Assembly (NCBI GenBank): GCA_964016885.1
Contig: OZ024741.1
Location: 158,224,001-158,288,000 of the forward strand
From: Eledone cirrhosa
Taxonomy: Eukaryota
Direction of reading: 5' to 3'
DNA length: 64,000 nucleotides
Shown here: piece after piece, positions 25,738-37,709 of the stretch
Layout of the letters: every line of letters starts with the position of its first letter
How positions within the stretch are numbered: position 1 is the stretch's first letter
The notes under the pieces: generated by a model
Database searches by the model: none
What the model saw: the letters and a program-made list of their open reading frames with translations, nothing else
What the model was told of the DNA's origin: nothing
Position numbers and translations under genes: made by a program

Positions 25738-25868
25738 AATTTTTAGATACAAATTCTCCATTATATCTATATACAAGACCATATGTTGAGGTACTATTTT
25801 TGTTCTGAAATTATTAATAATTTCACGAAATTCTTCATTTTATGTACCCATAGCTGACATTTTGTACA

Positions 25869-25908
<40 letters not shown>

Positions 25909-26033
25909 CCAGAAATAGCCGTCGAAACGGCTTGAGCTCTGCCGTCGGGGTCATACTTTTTCCTATATATATATATATATATATAAATGTATGTATGTGT
26001 TTTTGCACACACATACATATGTGTATATATATG

Positions 26034-26073
<40 letters not shown>

Positions 26074-27235
26074 CCATCATCATTTTTACATCTACTCTTC
26101 CAAACTTGCATGTGTTGGACATATATATGTATGTATATGAGTATATGTGCATATATCTATCTAAGGCGGGTAAAATTCCCGAGACCCATGGACGAGTTCT
26201 CTCCAGCGGTCTCTGTCCCTCATTATCGCTGCCATGTCCTGCGTCTCCAACAGACCAGTGTCTGTCCTTAGGGCATATATATACATATATATGTATATAT
26301 ATATACATATATATGTATATATATGTGTGTGTATGTATGTATGTATGTATCATATATATACACACACACTACACCTAATATTCCCCCTCCATACACGCAC
26401 ACACATGTATATCATGACTCATACACTATTCACTTCCCTGACATTTGTATATTATTCTATGTACTATACATGCACGAGTTGTAGTGCACCTGAGCACTGT
26501 ACACAATAATTTAATTATTATTATATTATTATTTATATATGTATACTTAAGCAAAAATCCCGATTTGGGAGGATATAAGCTTGACCGACTAAAATAAGTT
26601 GATTTTACTCATATAGTTCCCCTAGCAAGGTTTCTGGAATTCAAGAAACAATATTAGTTACTCAAAGACATTAGAATAACGAATATTGGAAGTATTACAA
26701 TTCTGTCATCTGGAGGAGAATTATTTGGAATAAGAGAAGTTGAGGCACATGGCTTAGTGGTTAGAGCATTGGTCTTGCAATCGAAAGGTTGTGAGTTCAA
26801 TTCTCAGACCGGGTGATGTGTTGTTTCCTTGAGCAAGACACTTTATTTCACATTGCTCCAGTTTACTCAGCTGTAGAAATGAGATGATAGGGACTGGGGT
26901 CCATATCTTTCCACTGCCAAGTGGTCGTGGAGGTGCCATGGCAAAAAAAGCACCCAGCACTCACTGTAAATGAGGTTGGTGTTAGGAAGGGCATCCAGCT
27001 GTAGAAATCAAGCCAGAATCAGTTCCCGTCCCACCCTTGCAAGCAGGGGAAAGCGGACGTAAAATGATGATGATGATGGTGATGAATACATATCATATAT
27101 ACCATGTTTGCTGAACGGCATTTGATATATTTAATTACTCCTCTGTGTATATAACTTATTAATATATCTTATCCTTTCATTGAGATGTCTAAGTATCATA
27201 AATTGATACACATATATATATATATTTGAAATGGG

Positions 27236-27870
27236 AAGTTAGCCGCTCTCCAGCCATCTATTTAAAACTGTATACAGCTATGGTACGACCACACTTGGAA
27301 TTCGCATCATCAGTCTGGAACCCCTATCTTGCTCAGAACATTGATCGCCTGGAAACTGTTCAGAGACGTGCAACCAAGCGCATACCCTCCATCAGACACC
27401 TACCATACTCTGAATGCCTTGCTTCCCTGGGCATGGATTCATTGAAGCTCCGATGTCTGGCAATGGACTTGGTAAATACCCACAAAGTTATTAACCATCT
27501 CGCCAACATCCTGAGCACCTTTTTGATCTCCATGTGTCTAACACACGTGGACATGCCTACAAAATCAGAAAACAGCACAGCTCCCATGACTTTCGTAAAC
27601 ATTTTTTCACGCTCAGAGTTGCTGAAGCATAGAACAAACTACCTGCGTCAGTTGTTAGCTGCCGAGACACTGCATCCTTTAAGACACTCATGCTTCCCAA
27701 AATACGCCAAAACTACACTTGATGTACCCCTTCCATACACATGCACATGCACTGTTCATTTTCCTGACGTTTGTACATTACCCTATGTACTATACATACA
27801 CTTTTTGATGAGTTGTAGTGCACCTGAGCACTGTACACAATATTTCATTATTATTATTATTATTTTATTA
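27236..27870 (+). mobile_element. 5'-truncated CR1-type LINE
   Basis: LKLYTAMVRPHLEFASSVWNPYLAQNIDRLETVQRRATKRIP is the typical CR1/L2-group post-RT region. Frameshifted, with an (ATT)n tail. An extra 3' fragment lies at ~26380-26535. Confidence 0.85.
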
Positions 27871-28030
27871 TACAAACCAGTGGTTATAGAGAAAAGGTGA
27901 GATTGGAAATAACACTGAAAATATATTAAAGGGTCTGTTTTTCTTTTTTTTTTCATTTTTGATTCGTCAAAGTGGCATTATTGAAAAAATGAGAGGGACA
28001 ATTCTTTTAAAAAAAGAGTTTTATAATGTA

Positions 28031-29680
28031 CTAGCAGTAAAGCCCGGCGTTGCTCGGGGTCGCTCAGTAGCTGTGTTAAAGTTACAATGTTAAGTTTCTT
28101 TTTTGGCTTAAAGTCTGTCTGCACGCCTAACGAAATTTACAGATACATATATTTTAAATAAACTTATATAATTTTTGCTTTTTTTTTACGAAATATTTGC
28201 TTGTTTTACGTAGTCTTTAAATAGACTTGTTTTCAAGTAAAAATATTGTTTTAAAAGGCTTTTAAATGGAAATGAAGCAAAACGGAAGCTTAGTGTTCGA
28301 ACTGATGAATTTTGCAGGTCAAAATTTTGCTGGCTCGACAACTGTTCGTGTATTGTGTTAATGTCATTTTAAACGCTGAGAAAGCCAGCGTAATTTTTTT
28401 AATTTTTGCATGCAGACGCTCAATGTAAACAGAACAAAGGGAAATAACTGATCACTTACGCTCAAAAATCGATACATTATATTCGATTTCGTCAGATAGG
28501 GCGGGTCAATTTGAAATATTTTTTTCCGATGTCTTCGCTAGGGCTCAATGTACAAGTATAGCAATTTCGGTGCAATTCCGTGAGAGATTCTAAGAGGAGA
28601 TGTGTGCCAAAAATCGATAGACAGACAGACAACCTCAGTTTTATATATATATATATATATATACTAGCAGTAAAGCCCGGCGTTGCTCGGGGTCGCTCAG
28701 TAGCTGTGTTAAAGTTACAATGTTAAGTTTCTTTTTTGGCTTAAAAACTGTAGTGTCTACTGTGCAGACTTGCATGTGGTGTTTTTGATTAATATTCCCT
28801 CAACCAACAATATGCCTTATGAAGTTAAGAAAACATAACGATAACCCGAATGTTATAACAAAAGAGGATGCTGGGGATAAAAACTGCACTGGTTATGGTT
28901 ATTTATTAACAAAGATCGAAAATGTAAACACTGCAACGCAGAGAAAAACATTAGCGTAACCAAATTATCAGTTATGTCTGTCTGCACGCCTATATCACCT
29001 CTCTGCACGACTGTCTGTCTGCACGCCTATATCACCTCTCTGCACGACTGTCTGTCTGCACGCCTATATCACCTCTCTGCACAACTGTCTGTCTGCACGC
29101 CTATATCACCTCTCTGCACGACTATCTGTCTGCACGCCTATATCACCTCTCTGCACGACTATCTGTCTGCACGCCTATATCACCTCTCTGCACGACTGTC
29201 TGTCTGCACGCCTAACGAAATTTACAGATACATATATTTTAAATAAACTTATATAATTTTTGCTTTTTTTTTAGAAATATTTGCTTGTTTTACGTAGTCT
29301 TTAAATAGACTTGTTTTCAAGTAAAAATATTGTTTTAAAAGGCTTTTAAATGGAAATGAAGCAACTGTTCGTGTATTGTGTTAATGTCATTTTAAACGCT
29401 GAGAAAGCCAGCGTAATTTTTTACGTAAGACGCTCAATGTAACCAGAACAAAGGGAAATAGCTGATAACTTACGCTCAAAAATCGATACATTATATTCGA
29501 TTTCGTCAGATAGGGCGGGTCAATTTGAAATATTTTTTTTCCGATGTCTTCGCTAGGGCTCAATGTACAAGTATAGCAATTTCGGTGCAATTCCGTGAGA
29601 GATTCTAAGAGGAGATGTGTGCCGAAAATCGATAGACAGACAGACAACCACAGTTTTATATATATAGATAGATAGATAGA
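28031..29680 (-). mobile_element. Two head-to-tail non-autonomous Helitron copies (28031-28663, 28664-29680)
   Basis: Minus strand runs 5'-TC(TATC)n...(TGTC)n...hairpin cccgagcaacgccggg...CTAG-3'. Inserted between A28030 and T29681 with no TSD. Confidence 0.85.
28976..29214. repeat. 37-bp minisatellite, 6 full copies plus a partial one, inside Helitron
   Basis: gtctgtctgcacgcctatatcacctctctgcacgact units start at 28976, 29013, 29050, 29087, 29124, 29161 and 29198. Confidence 0.92.
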
Positions 29681-30005
29681 TATAAAGTTTTACTGGTTTC
29701 GATGTATTAGTTAAATTCATTTTATCAAATGTTGAGTATTATAATTAAAAATCATTAAAAAGGCTTAAAAGCTAAAAATTAAGTGTTGAGGTAAATTTTT
29801 TCATCTTCCTTGTAATACTCAATATTTGATAAGATGAATTTTACTAATACATCAAAACCAGTAAAACTTTATATACTTTATAAAAGTCTTTTTTTAAAAG
29901 AATTGTCCCTCTCATTTTTTCAATAATACCACTTTGACGAATCAAAAAGGAAAAGAAAAACAGACCCTTTAATATATTTTCAGTGATATTTCCAATCTCA
30001 CCTTT

Positions 30006-30045
<40 letters not shown>

Positions 30046-30109
30046 CACACACATATATTCATAAAATATATATATTTATATGTGTATATATATATATAGA
30101 GAGAGATCT

Positions 30110-31200
30110 GGTGAAGGGCTTTAACAGAGTTCCATCCTCCATAATCTGGTGGGCACTTAGGAAGCTTGTTGTATATGAATGGTTTGTGCAAGTTGGCAAT
30201 GAGTACAATGTTGAATTTGAAGTGCACGAATGGGTCCATCAGGGCTCAGTTTTCTGTCCATTCCAGTTTATCCCTGTCCTTCAGGCCATCACTGAGAAGT
30301 TTAAAACTGGCAATCCATGGGAGCTGAATCTGTAGGAGAGTTAGAGGCAAAATTTCAGGTATGGTAGAAGCACTTAGAGTTGAAAGGCCTAAAAGTAAAC
30401 TTACTAAAGACAAAAGCCCTAATAAGTAGGAAAGAAGATGGGTGAGTGATATCATCAGGGAAGTGGCTGTGTTCAATATGTCAGAAAGAGGTGGGCAGAA
30501 ATTCCACAAAATGCATACAGTGTAATTTATGGATGTGCAAGAGATGTAGTGGGATTGTAGGCAGGCTAAATTTGTAGCAGATGCACAAGAGAATTAAGCA
30601 CTAAGAGCACATATGAAATAGATTCCTTCAATTGCCAGGGAGACTCCTTAGGAGTAGTTAATGGCTTTTATTACCTAGGCAATCAAATTAGCAGTGGGGA
30701 GGATGTGCAGAAATTGCGATAGCTAGAATAAGAACAGGCTGGAAGTTTAGAGAACTGTTATCGCTGCTGACAACAAAGGGCTTTTCTCTTAGTAGACTAT
30801 ATGATGTATGTGTGTGAACTGCAATGCTACATGGCTGTGAAACATGGGCTTTGACTGCAGAAGACCGACAGAGGCTTGAAAGAAAGGAATCAAGTATGCT
30901 CTGAGAGTTGTGTAATGTTAGAATGCATGAGGGACATAAGGCAACTGAGGGAAAAAAAACACGATATAAAAGGAACTGGATGCAGTGTGCAAAGGAGAAG
31001 ACTACATTTGTATGGATATGTGATGTACATGGAAGATAGTAGCTGCATAAAAAAATGCAGAGAAACCCTATTGGTTGGGATCTGTAGAAGAGACAGACCC
31101 AGGAAGACATGGGATGAGGTTGTGAAGACTGACCATATAAAACTAAACCTCACAACAGAAATGACAAGGACTGCAATGGCTGAGCTAATGAAGACCTGAC
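30110..31200 (+). mobile_element. Heavily decayed RTE-clade LINE, family 1
   Basis: FNRVPSSIIWWALRKL...VHQGSV...ITEKFKTGNPWEL...RRRLHLYGYV...RPRKTWDEVVKTD, with many stops and frameshifts. Confidence 0.8.
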
Positions 31201-32543
31201 CTGCAACATACAATGTGCCTTGACCTATCCCTGTGTCCTCCCTTCCACTAACACTCACTAACAACTATTCTCACTATCACTACACCACTCTCCATGTCCC
31301 CAACTCACTTTTTTATTGTTGTGTATGTATGCATGTATGTAGTGACAAATATTAACATCTACAACCAGTCAATGAAAGGTTGTCAAAATAGTCATACTTA
31401 TATTAAAATAATCCATAATAATTTTATGTGAGAACCATTTGTTAAGTAATGTTCTTCAGTCAAAGACTATTATGATGTGGACATGTGATCATATAAAAGA
31501 TGACAGTTTTATAAAGATATACAGAGAAATCTCTATGTGGAAGAGGCAGACCCAAGAAGACATGAGATAAGGTAGTGAGGGCTGACTTAAAAAGCTGAAT
31601 CTACACACTGCAAGGACTAGTAACAAGTGGTGCTGGTGAAAACCTGTTTACCAACCTAAAAGATGACCTGATTCATCCAAGTGTCAACTCCCACTGCTAT
31701 CACTCTTTACCAGCTATCCTCGCTATTATTGCACCCCCACTACCACCACCCTGTAGTAGCTCTTTTCAGCATCACTGTACATCCCCCTCTTACTCTATGC
31801 AGGGTCAATTTTAACCCTCTTAAATCCCAACACCTACACTCTACTCAGGGTCACTACCCACGCATTCTCACACCCTACTCTAGACATCCACCCCAAACCC
31901 TGACAAGCCACTCATAGCCCCATGCAGCTGTTATCATCACAGTACTTCCCACATTGCCAGATGTCCCCCGCCCATCCACCACCCCTCATCCTGTCAAATA
32001 CCTCCACACTTGGCAACGCCCCACTCCCATTGGTAGAGTAGAAGAGACTCCACTGTTGAATCCATGACAACAACCTTTTTAGAGATGGTGCCATGTCAAA
32101 AATGCATGCAGTACACCTTGTAAGGTGGTTGGCAATGGGAAGGGTATCCCACTGTAGAAAACCATGTCAAAAGGGATGAGAAGATTCTTAGATGTGTTGG
32201 TGATCTACACGATAAATGCACCCAGTACACTCTGTAAAGTGGTTGGAGATAGGAAGGGCATAGAAATCTTGCCATACATGGAGTCAGGAAAACTTTTCAG
32301 CTATGCCAAAGACATGACAACTTCCTTAGTGTTGAAGCCACAATAAAATGTACTCAGTGAAGTGCAGGATCATATATTGGAACCCCGGCCCACATGGAGG
32401 TCAGAGGCTTCACTTCAGTACTGACCAGTCTGTGATGTCATGTCCAACCCTTGCAACCAAGGAAGAAGTATGTTAACTGGTGATGATGATATATACAAAC
32501 ACATAAATATATATACAGACATAAATACACATATATATATTGT

Positions 32544-33460
32544 TTCTTCTTCTTTGCCCACTTATTCCTGAGAGGGTTGTAGAGGCAGAGTCCCCAAACA
32601 CTATTTCCAGCAGGTTCTGTCAGAAACAACCGTATCCAACTGATCTGCAAGCGAAACCAACCAAGCTCATGGATGTTAACCAAACATCTTGCTTAGGGTC
32701 TACCCCTGGGTGGTTTTGCCCATAAAATCCGTCCAGCAATTCTTTCCTGAGACATACTAACCACATTTCCATATTATCAGAACTGTGATCTCTCAATTTG
32801 GAGAAGTAGTGGCTCTGATCTCTGAGCTATGCATTCTCTTGAGTAATATTATTCCAAAGACCCTTCGGAGGAACCTCATTTCTGCAATCGTATTCTTTTG
32901 CTCATAACCCAATTCATGACCATAGTTAAGGGTTAGCACAAATACCAAATTTAAAGAAAGCAAGTTTGACTTTTACACCTACCCTCTTCTGATTACTGAA
33001 TGCTGAAGCTGGTGCATTACTGCACTAGCTTCTGCAATTCTTGCACTTAATTCAGCCTCTTGCCTTCCATCACTTGTGAACACAGCCCTGAGATACTTGA
33101 ACTTCTCTACCTGCTTCAGTGGAACTCCATTTACATGTAGAGTGCACTGCGCAGGCTTCCTTGAGAGGATGAATGTCTCAGTTTCTGCAACACTGATTTT
33201 CATTCCAGCCATACAGCACTCGGCATCAATCCTAACAAGTGACAGTTGGAGATCACCTTCTGTTGAGTTAAGTAACTCCATTTTGTCAGCAAATTCCAGC
33301 TGACTGATTCTACACTTGTCAGTCGTGATATCACTTCCAACCCGGCTGTGCATGTCAATCCTGTTCATGAAAATAATGAACAGGAGAGGTGACAGTATGC
33401 TCCCTTGGTGGAGTCTGACTCCCACATTGAATGATTTTGATTTAGCACCATTTATCCGAG
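32544..33460 (-). mobile_element. Decayed RTE-clade LINE, family 2
   Basis: RT motifs QGSILSPLLFIIFM, LEFADK, GMKIS..TE and VEKFKYL. (AAG)n tail at the left end. Confidence 0.85.
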
Positions 33461-33541
33461 CATATATATATATACACAAGGCTTATAAATATTGCCTGTA
33501 CAGGTTATCAAAGTGTGTATACATTTTGGGGGGACATCCTG

Positions 33542-33583
<42 letters not shown>

Positions 33584-33642
33584 CACATCGTTTTTTAATT
33601 TGTTTTGCAAGATTTCTTATCTGAAAAGGAGTGTTGAAACAG

Positions 33643-33745
33643 ATATTATTATACTTTGGGAGGGTCATGTTGCCAATAAAAACACACGCCTAACAGATGC
33701 GTGTATTTTTATTGGCATCATGACCCTCCCAAAGTATAACAATAT
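33643..33745. repeat. Near-perfect ~100-bp hairpin (foldback MITE)
   Basis: ttatactttgggagggtcatgttgccaataaaaacacacgc / gcgtgtatttttattggcatcatgaccctcccaaagtataa. Confidence 0.85.
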
Positions 33746-33759
33746 ATATATATATATAT

Positions 33760-33818
<59 letters not shown>

Positions 33819-33942
33819 TATATAGATATATATATACACACATATATAGATATATATATATACACATTAATACATATACAGAGAAGGAGATTATCAAAAT
33901 TATCAATCGAAATAAAAATTTATAAACATACTCTAAGTTAAG

Positions 33943-33984
33943 CGGAAGTGCCCCCCGTTTTTTGGTCTAGGTTTATCGGAAGTG
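33943..33984 (+). promoter_or_regulatory. Tandem ETS/GABP-type motifs in putative ADPGK promoter
   Basis: CGGAAGTG at 33943-33950 and 33977-33984, ~75-115 bp upstream of the ATG. Confidence 0.6.
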
Positions 33985-34058
33985 ACCTTCAGTTGTTTTG
34001 ACCTTTGTGCTCATGATCGGAGCAGATTGAGAAGAGGTCATCAGTCTTGTTGTCAAAG

Positions 34059-34288
34059 ATGTACGGCAAGTTATGCATTGTCTCCTCTCTTATTGTGTTA
34101 GTTGCATGTTTGTGCACCACGTTTCTTGGCTTACCAAGTTCCTATATACCAGCATATTTGCTCAATCTGTCAGGACTGTCTGTTGATATTGTCGGTAAAA
34201 CACAAGATACTAGCGAACAAAGTATTATCACAGCATGGGACAATTTTATCAAACCTCCGTCTCAGAAATTCAAACGAGTATCTGTCGG
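34059..34288 (+). CDS. ADPGK: ADP-dependent glucokinase exon 1 (hydrophobic signal/anchor)
   Basis: ATG 34059. MYGKLCIVSSLIVLVACLC...IITAWDNFIKPPSQKFKRVSVG|gtaag, phase 2; compare vertebrate AWDALI..P...RRVAVG. Confidence 0.9.
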
Positions 34289-34551
34289 GTAAGAAATTAA
34301 CCACATTTCTAATTTTTACACAGCTTAATTATTATCAAATTAATTTTACCGTTGTTGTTATTATTATTATTACTTGTTTGACATCACACTCATTTGATTT
34401 GATTATTTTTCCTTGTTTAAGTGACTAAAGTTGGGTTCTGTTTCAGAATGTGCTGACAAACCGGTTCCTTATATATACATGCACAAATACGTATATATAC
34501 ATACTCAGGTGTATATATATATATATATACATATATCTCTATCTATATATA

Positions 34552-34640
34552 CAGGGTGTCGCCCCAAAATATATACATACTTTGATTACCTGTAGAGGCA
34601 ATATTTAGAATGCTGTGTATACAGTTTTTTGGACACCCTG
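34552..34640. mobile_element. Tiny Tc1/mariner-like MITE with TA flanks
   Basis: TA-cagggtgtc...gacaccctg-TA. An inverted partial copy lies at ~33485-33541. Confidence 0.7.
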
Positions 34641-35644
34641 TATGTATATACTCACACGTGCGTATATACTTATTTTTATTTTTGAATCTTATATTTATAT
34701 ATATAGATGGAATGACAAAAGTGGAACTTCGAAGTCACTGCCACGTTCTACACTCTTCTCACCAGTATTCAGTGCTCATTCAGTTAATGTTTGAATGTTT
34801 TAAATACTACAGTGTTTTAATCACATATTCTAATAGTTATATGTATATATTCATGTTTACAATATTAGATATATACGTATGTGTGTATATATATACATGT
34901 ATATATATATATATATTTATTAAAATAACAGATTAAAGTTTAAGCAAAGAATCGCTGCTTTCACCCTTAACGGGATCTTATATAGTTATGTAATAACAAC
35001 ATAAGATAATTATTTAATTTACCAGTGGTTTCTTGAAAGCAAACAAAATTTGCCTTCAATCATCAGAATGAAAAAAATCCTGGTGTATTTATTGACATTG
35101 ATATATATATACATGTATATATATATAGCAATAGCGATATACTGAGTATCATACTCGTTACCCCTATAACATACATATAAGGAGGGCAGTATCTAAAAAT
35201 AAATAAGGAAATGAAAATAGAACATTTAATATCCCAGAAAATAATTTTCGTATTACGAAAATAATTTGTGACTAAATCAACATTTACTGGCTATCTTTTA
35301 AATTGTACTCATAATTAAATTATCAGATCTTTAGGAAAATATGTTTTACCGAAATTACCTTTTATTTACCATTCATACGTTGACAACGTCCGCTGTTCGT
35401 CTTTGTGTTTCACTAACTGTTTAGAAAGGGCAAACTTGAAACTGTTTATATATATATATATATATATAGTAAATTTATAGAACAACCCGCTCTATTTCAG
35501 TGGAAAAAAATGTTTTTCATCAGTTTTTTCGTGTGCCATCAATTAATCTAACCTTTTGACAATCAACTTTTTTCCCTGAGAACAGAGGTGATGGGGTGTC
35601 ACCTCACCCTGTCCTCGGAGTTTTCCTGACGACTTTTTTTTGCG

Positions 35645-36021
35645 TGTTGTCAACGAATAGGATCTCTAAACCATTCGGAAACGATTAGATTTGTAGAAAA
35701 AGTAAGGTGAAAGGGGGGAAAAGGCCACCGGTGTTTCGCAGATCTACACACCTCTCGCGTTTGGTGGGTAATCATTATTTTTCTGGATCACTTAGATACT
35801 TGTAATCAACTTTTCTCCCGGAAAACGGAAAACCTAACCCTGGAAAAAGTCTATTGCAAGCATCTAAGAGGTCCAGGAAAAATCGAGGAAAGATACTTAT
35901 TTCCCACCAAACATGAGAAGTGTTTAGATCTGCGAAAATCCGGTAGTCTTTTCACCCCACTTTTTCTGTAAACGTAATCATTTCCAAGTGGTTTTGAGGT
36001 TATATTCGTTGACGACCACAC
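35645..36021. repeat. Large imperfect inverted repeat (~170-bp arms) in ADPGK intron 1
   Basis: gtgttgtcaacgaata...ttcgcagatcta...gtttggtggg pairs with cccaccaaac...tagatctgcgaa...tattcgttgacgaccac. Confidence 0.8.
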
Positions 36022-36319
36022 TGTCAAAAATGAATTAAAATTACATATTCATTATTATAATTAAATAATTTTATTTAATTATAATGTATAAGTATATATT
36101 TAATTATAATGTATAAGTATATATTGTATTAAAGCTTTTAACTTTTTATATCTAACCTAATTTACACCAGATATATCGAACTTTCAACATTGACATATAT
36201 ATACTTATCTCAATGTATGTACGTACTATATAATGTATTTGTATGTATCTATGTATGTATGTGTATATTTACACACACACACACACACACATGAATTCAC
36301 GTTTAATCTGCTGTGTAAT

Positions 36320-36800
36320 TAAAAAAAGGAGCGTGGCTATAAGCGGTTTATGTGAAAGCAAATGGAGTGTAACTATAATCTGTGTCTTCATTATCTAGTC
36401 TAGGTTGCTCGGATTTGATCGACTTATTTAAGCCATTCATCTCAGTCTCGTATAGCATTCTGAAAGCTAATATATTGTTTGTACAAAGCTAGTCGATAAA
36501 GATTTTTTTGCTGGACAGACAGCCGACTCTTGCATGTCGTGGTGTCCAGAGGAGTCTACCTGAAATGGGAGTCTTGCTTACTTTTCCAGCAATGCTATGC
36601 AGAGTGCATACATCTCCCTTTCCCTCTCCCAGTACATCAATATACTCTTTCAAGGAGACATTCATGTGGGTGTTAGTGCCCTCAAACTTTGCCTCAGTGT
36701 GTTTTGTAAGTACCCAAGCAATGGACCTGTACAATACCACTGATTCCACAGTGGCACAGAAGCTTCTCTAAAGAACATTAGATAGTGATGACTTCCAAAG
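36320..36800 (-). mobile_element. Old LINE ORF2 C-terminal relic
   Basis: ATVESVVLYRSIAW...LLWTPRH resembles the ESVLLYG.E.W post-RT segment of RTE-group LINEs. Degenerate. Confidence 0.5.
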
Positions 36801-37519
36801 GACACTGATACCATCAGCTCATATCTTTTGTAATATACTTTTTTTACATCCTTTTCTGTGAATATGATGAACAGATTTTAGGGGTTTTGTTTGTTTATTG
36901 AGCCCCCTTGACCCAATATTGACATTGGAATTGATAGTTGTTTTTAAGGTTATGGTCTAACCCATGCTAGCGTGGAAAATGGAGGTGGAACGGTAGAAGT
37001 GTGGTTGCTTCTGATAGTGTCCAAGAAGAGAGTGATATCATCAGTATAGCCTTCATTTGTTATTTTAAGGAGTGGTAGGATTTTCTTAGAGCTAAACTGA
37101 GTTCTTCAATATTATCAATTGATGTGTGAAGGGGACCAGGCTGTAATAAACAGGAATAGCACAAACCTTGCAAAAAGTTTAGATTAATTTTGAAGAAATT
37201 TGTGTCTCCATCAGGTGTATTTTTGTAGAAGCATCATATCTATTGTTACTCTTTTTTGTGGTGTTCCATATGTAAAAAGAACTTGATCTATTTTGTCTTG
37301 ATAATATTTCAGTCATTTGAGAAGTCTACAAACATTAAGACTGGTTGTAGATTTTTAGCCCTGACTCACTAAACTGTTAAGGTTTATCCAACAGATGACT
37401 GATTTTTCCTGAATCTATTTAGGTTTCTATGCAAGACCTTGATTTCTGGCAGTTTAGCAACAATATATATCTTGAAACTAATAAGACTTTTTGTACCTCT
37501 GTTTTTTGTCTCCTTGAAC

Positions 37520-37550
<31 letters not shown>

Positions 37551-37709
37551 AATAAACACACAGGAAGTGTGTTTAGAATGACATGGGTTGAAAAACCACT
37601 TTGGTGCAATGCATAATGCGAGTTTTTAACTCCGTTTTTCGTTTATTTATATATATATATATATATAAACAATGTACAAAGCCAAATTTTTGGCTTTTGA
37701 ATATATATA

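Larger units (their letters stand above)
27893..30010. mobile_element. Foldback element with ~200-bp inverted arms, interrupted by Helitrons
   Basis: ~27885-28030 joined to 29681-29742 is the reverse complement of ~29812-30010. Confidence 0.8.

Noticed and set aside
26744-26815. tRNA-like sequence as a functional tRNA gene
   Set aside because: Acceptor and T stems do not close, and it runs into the SINE core shared by many copies.
28976-29214. 37-bp repeat array resembling CRISPR repeat length
   Set aside because: Units are contiguous with no unique spacers, there are no cas genes, and the context is a eukaryotic Helitron.
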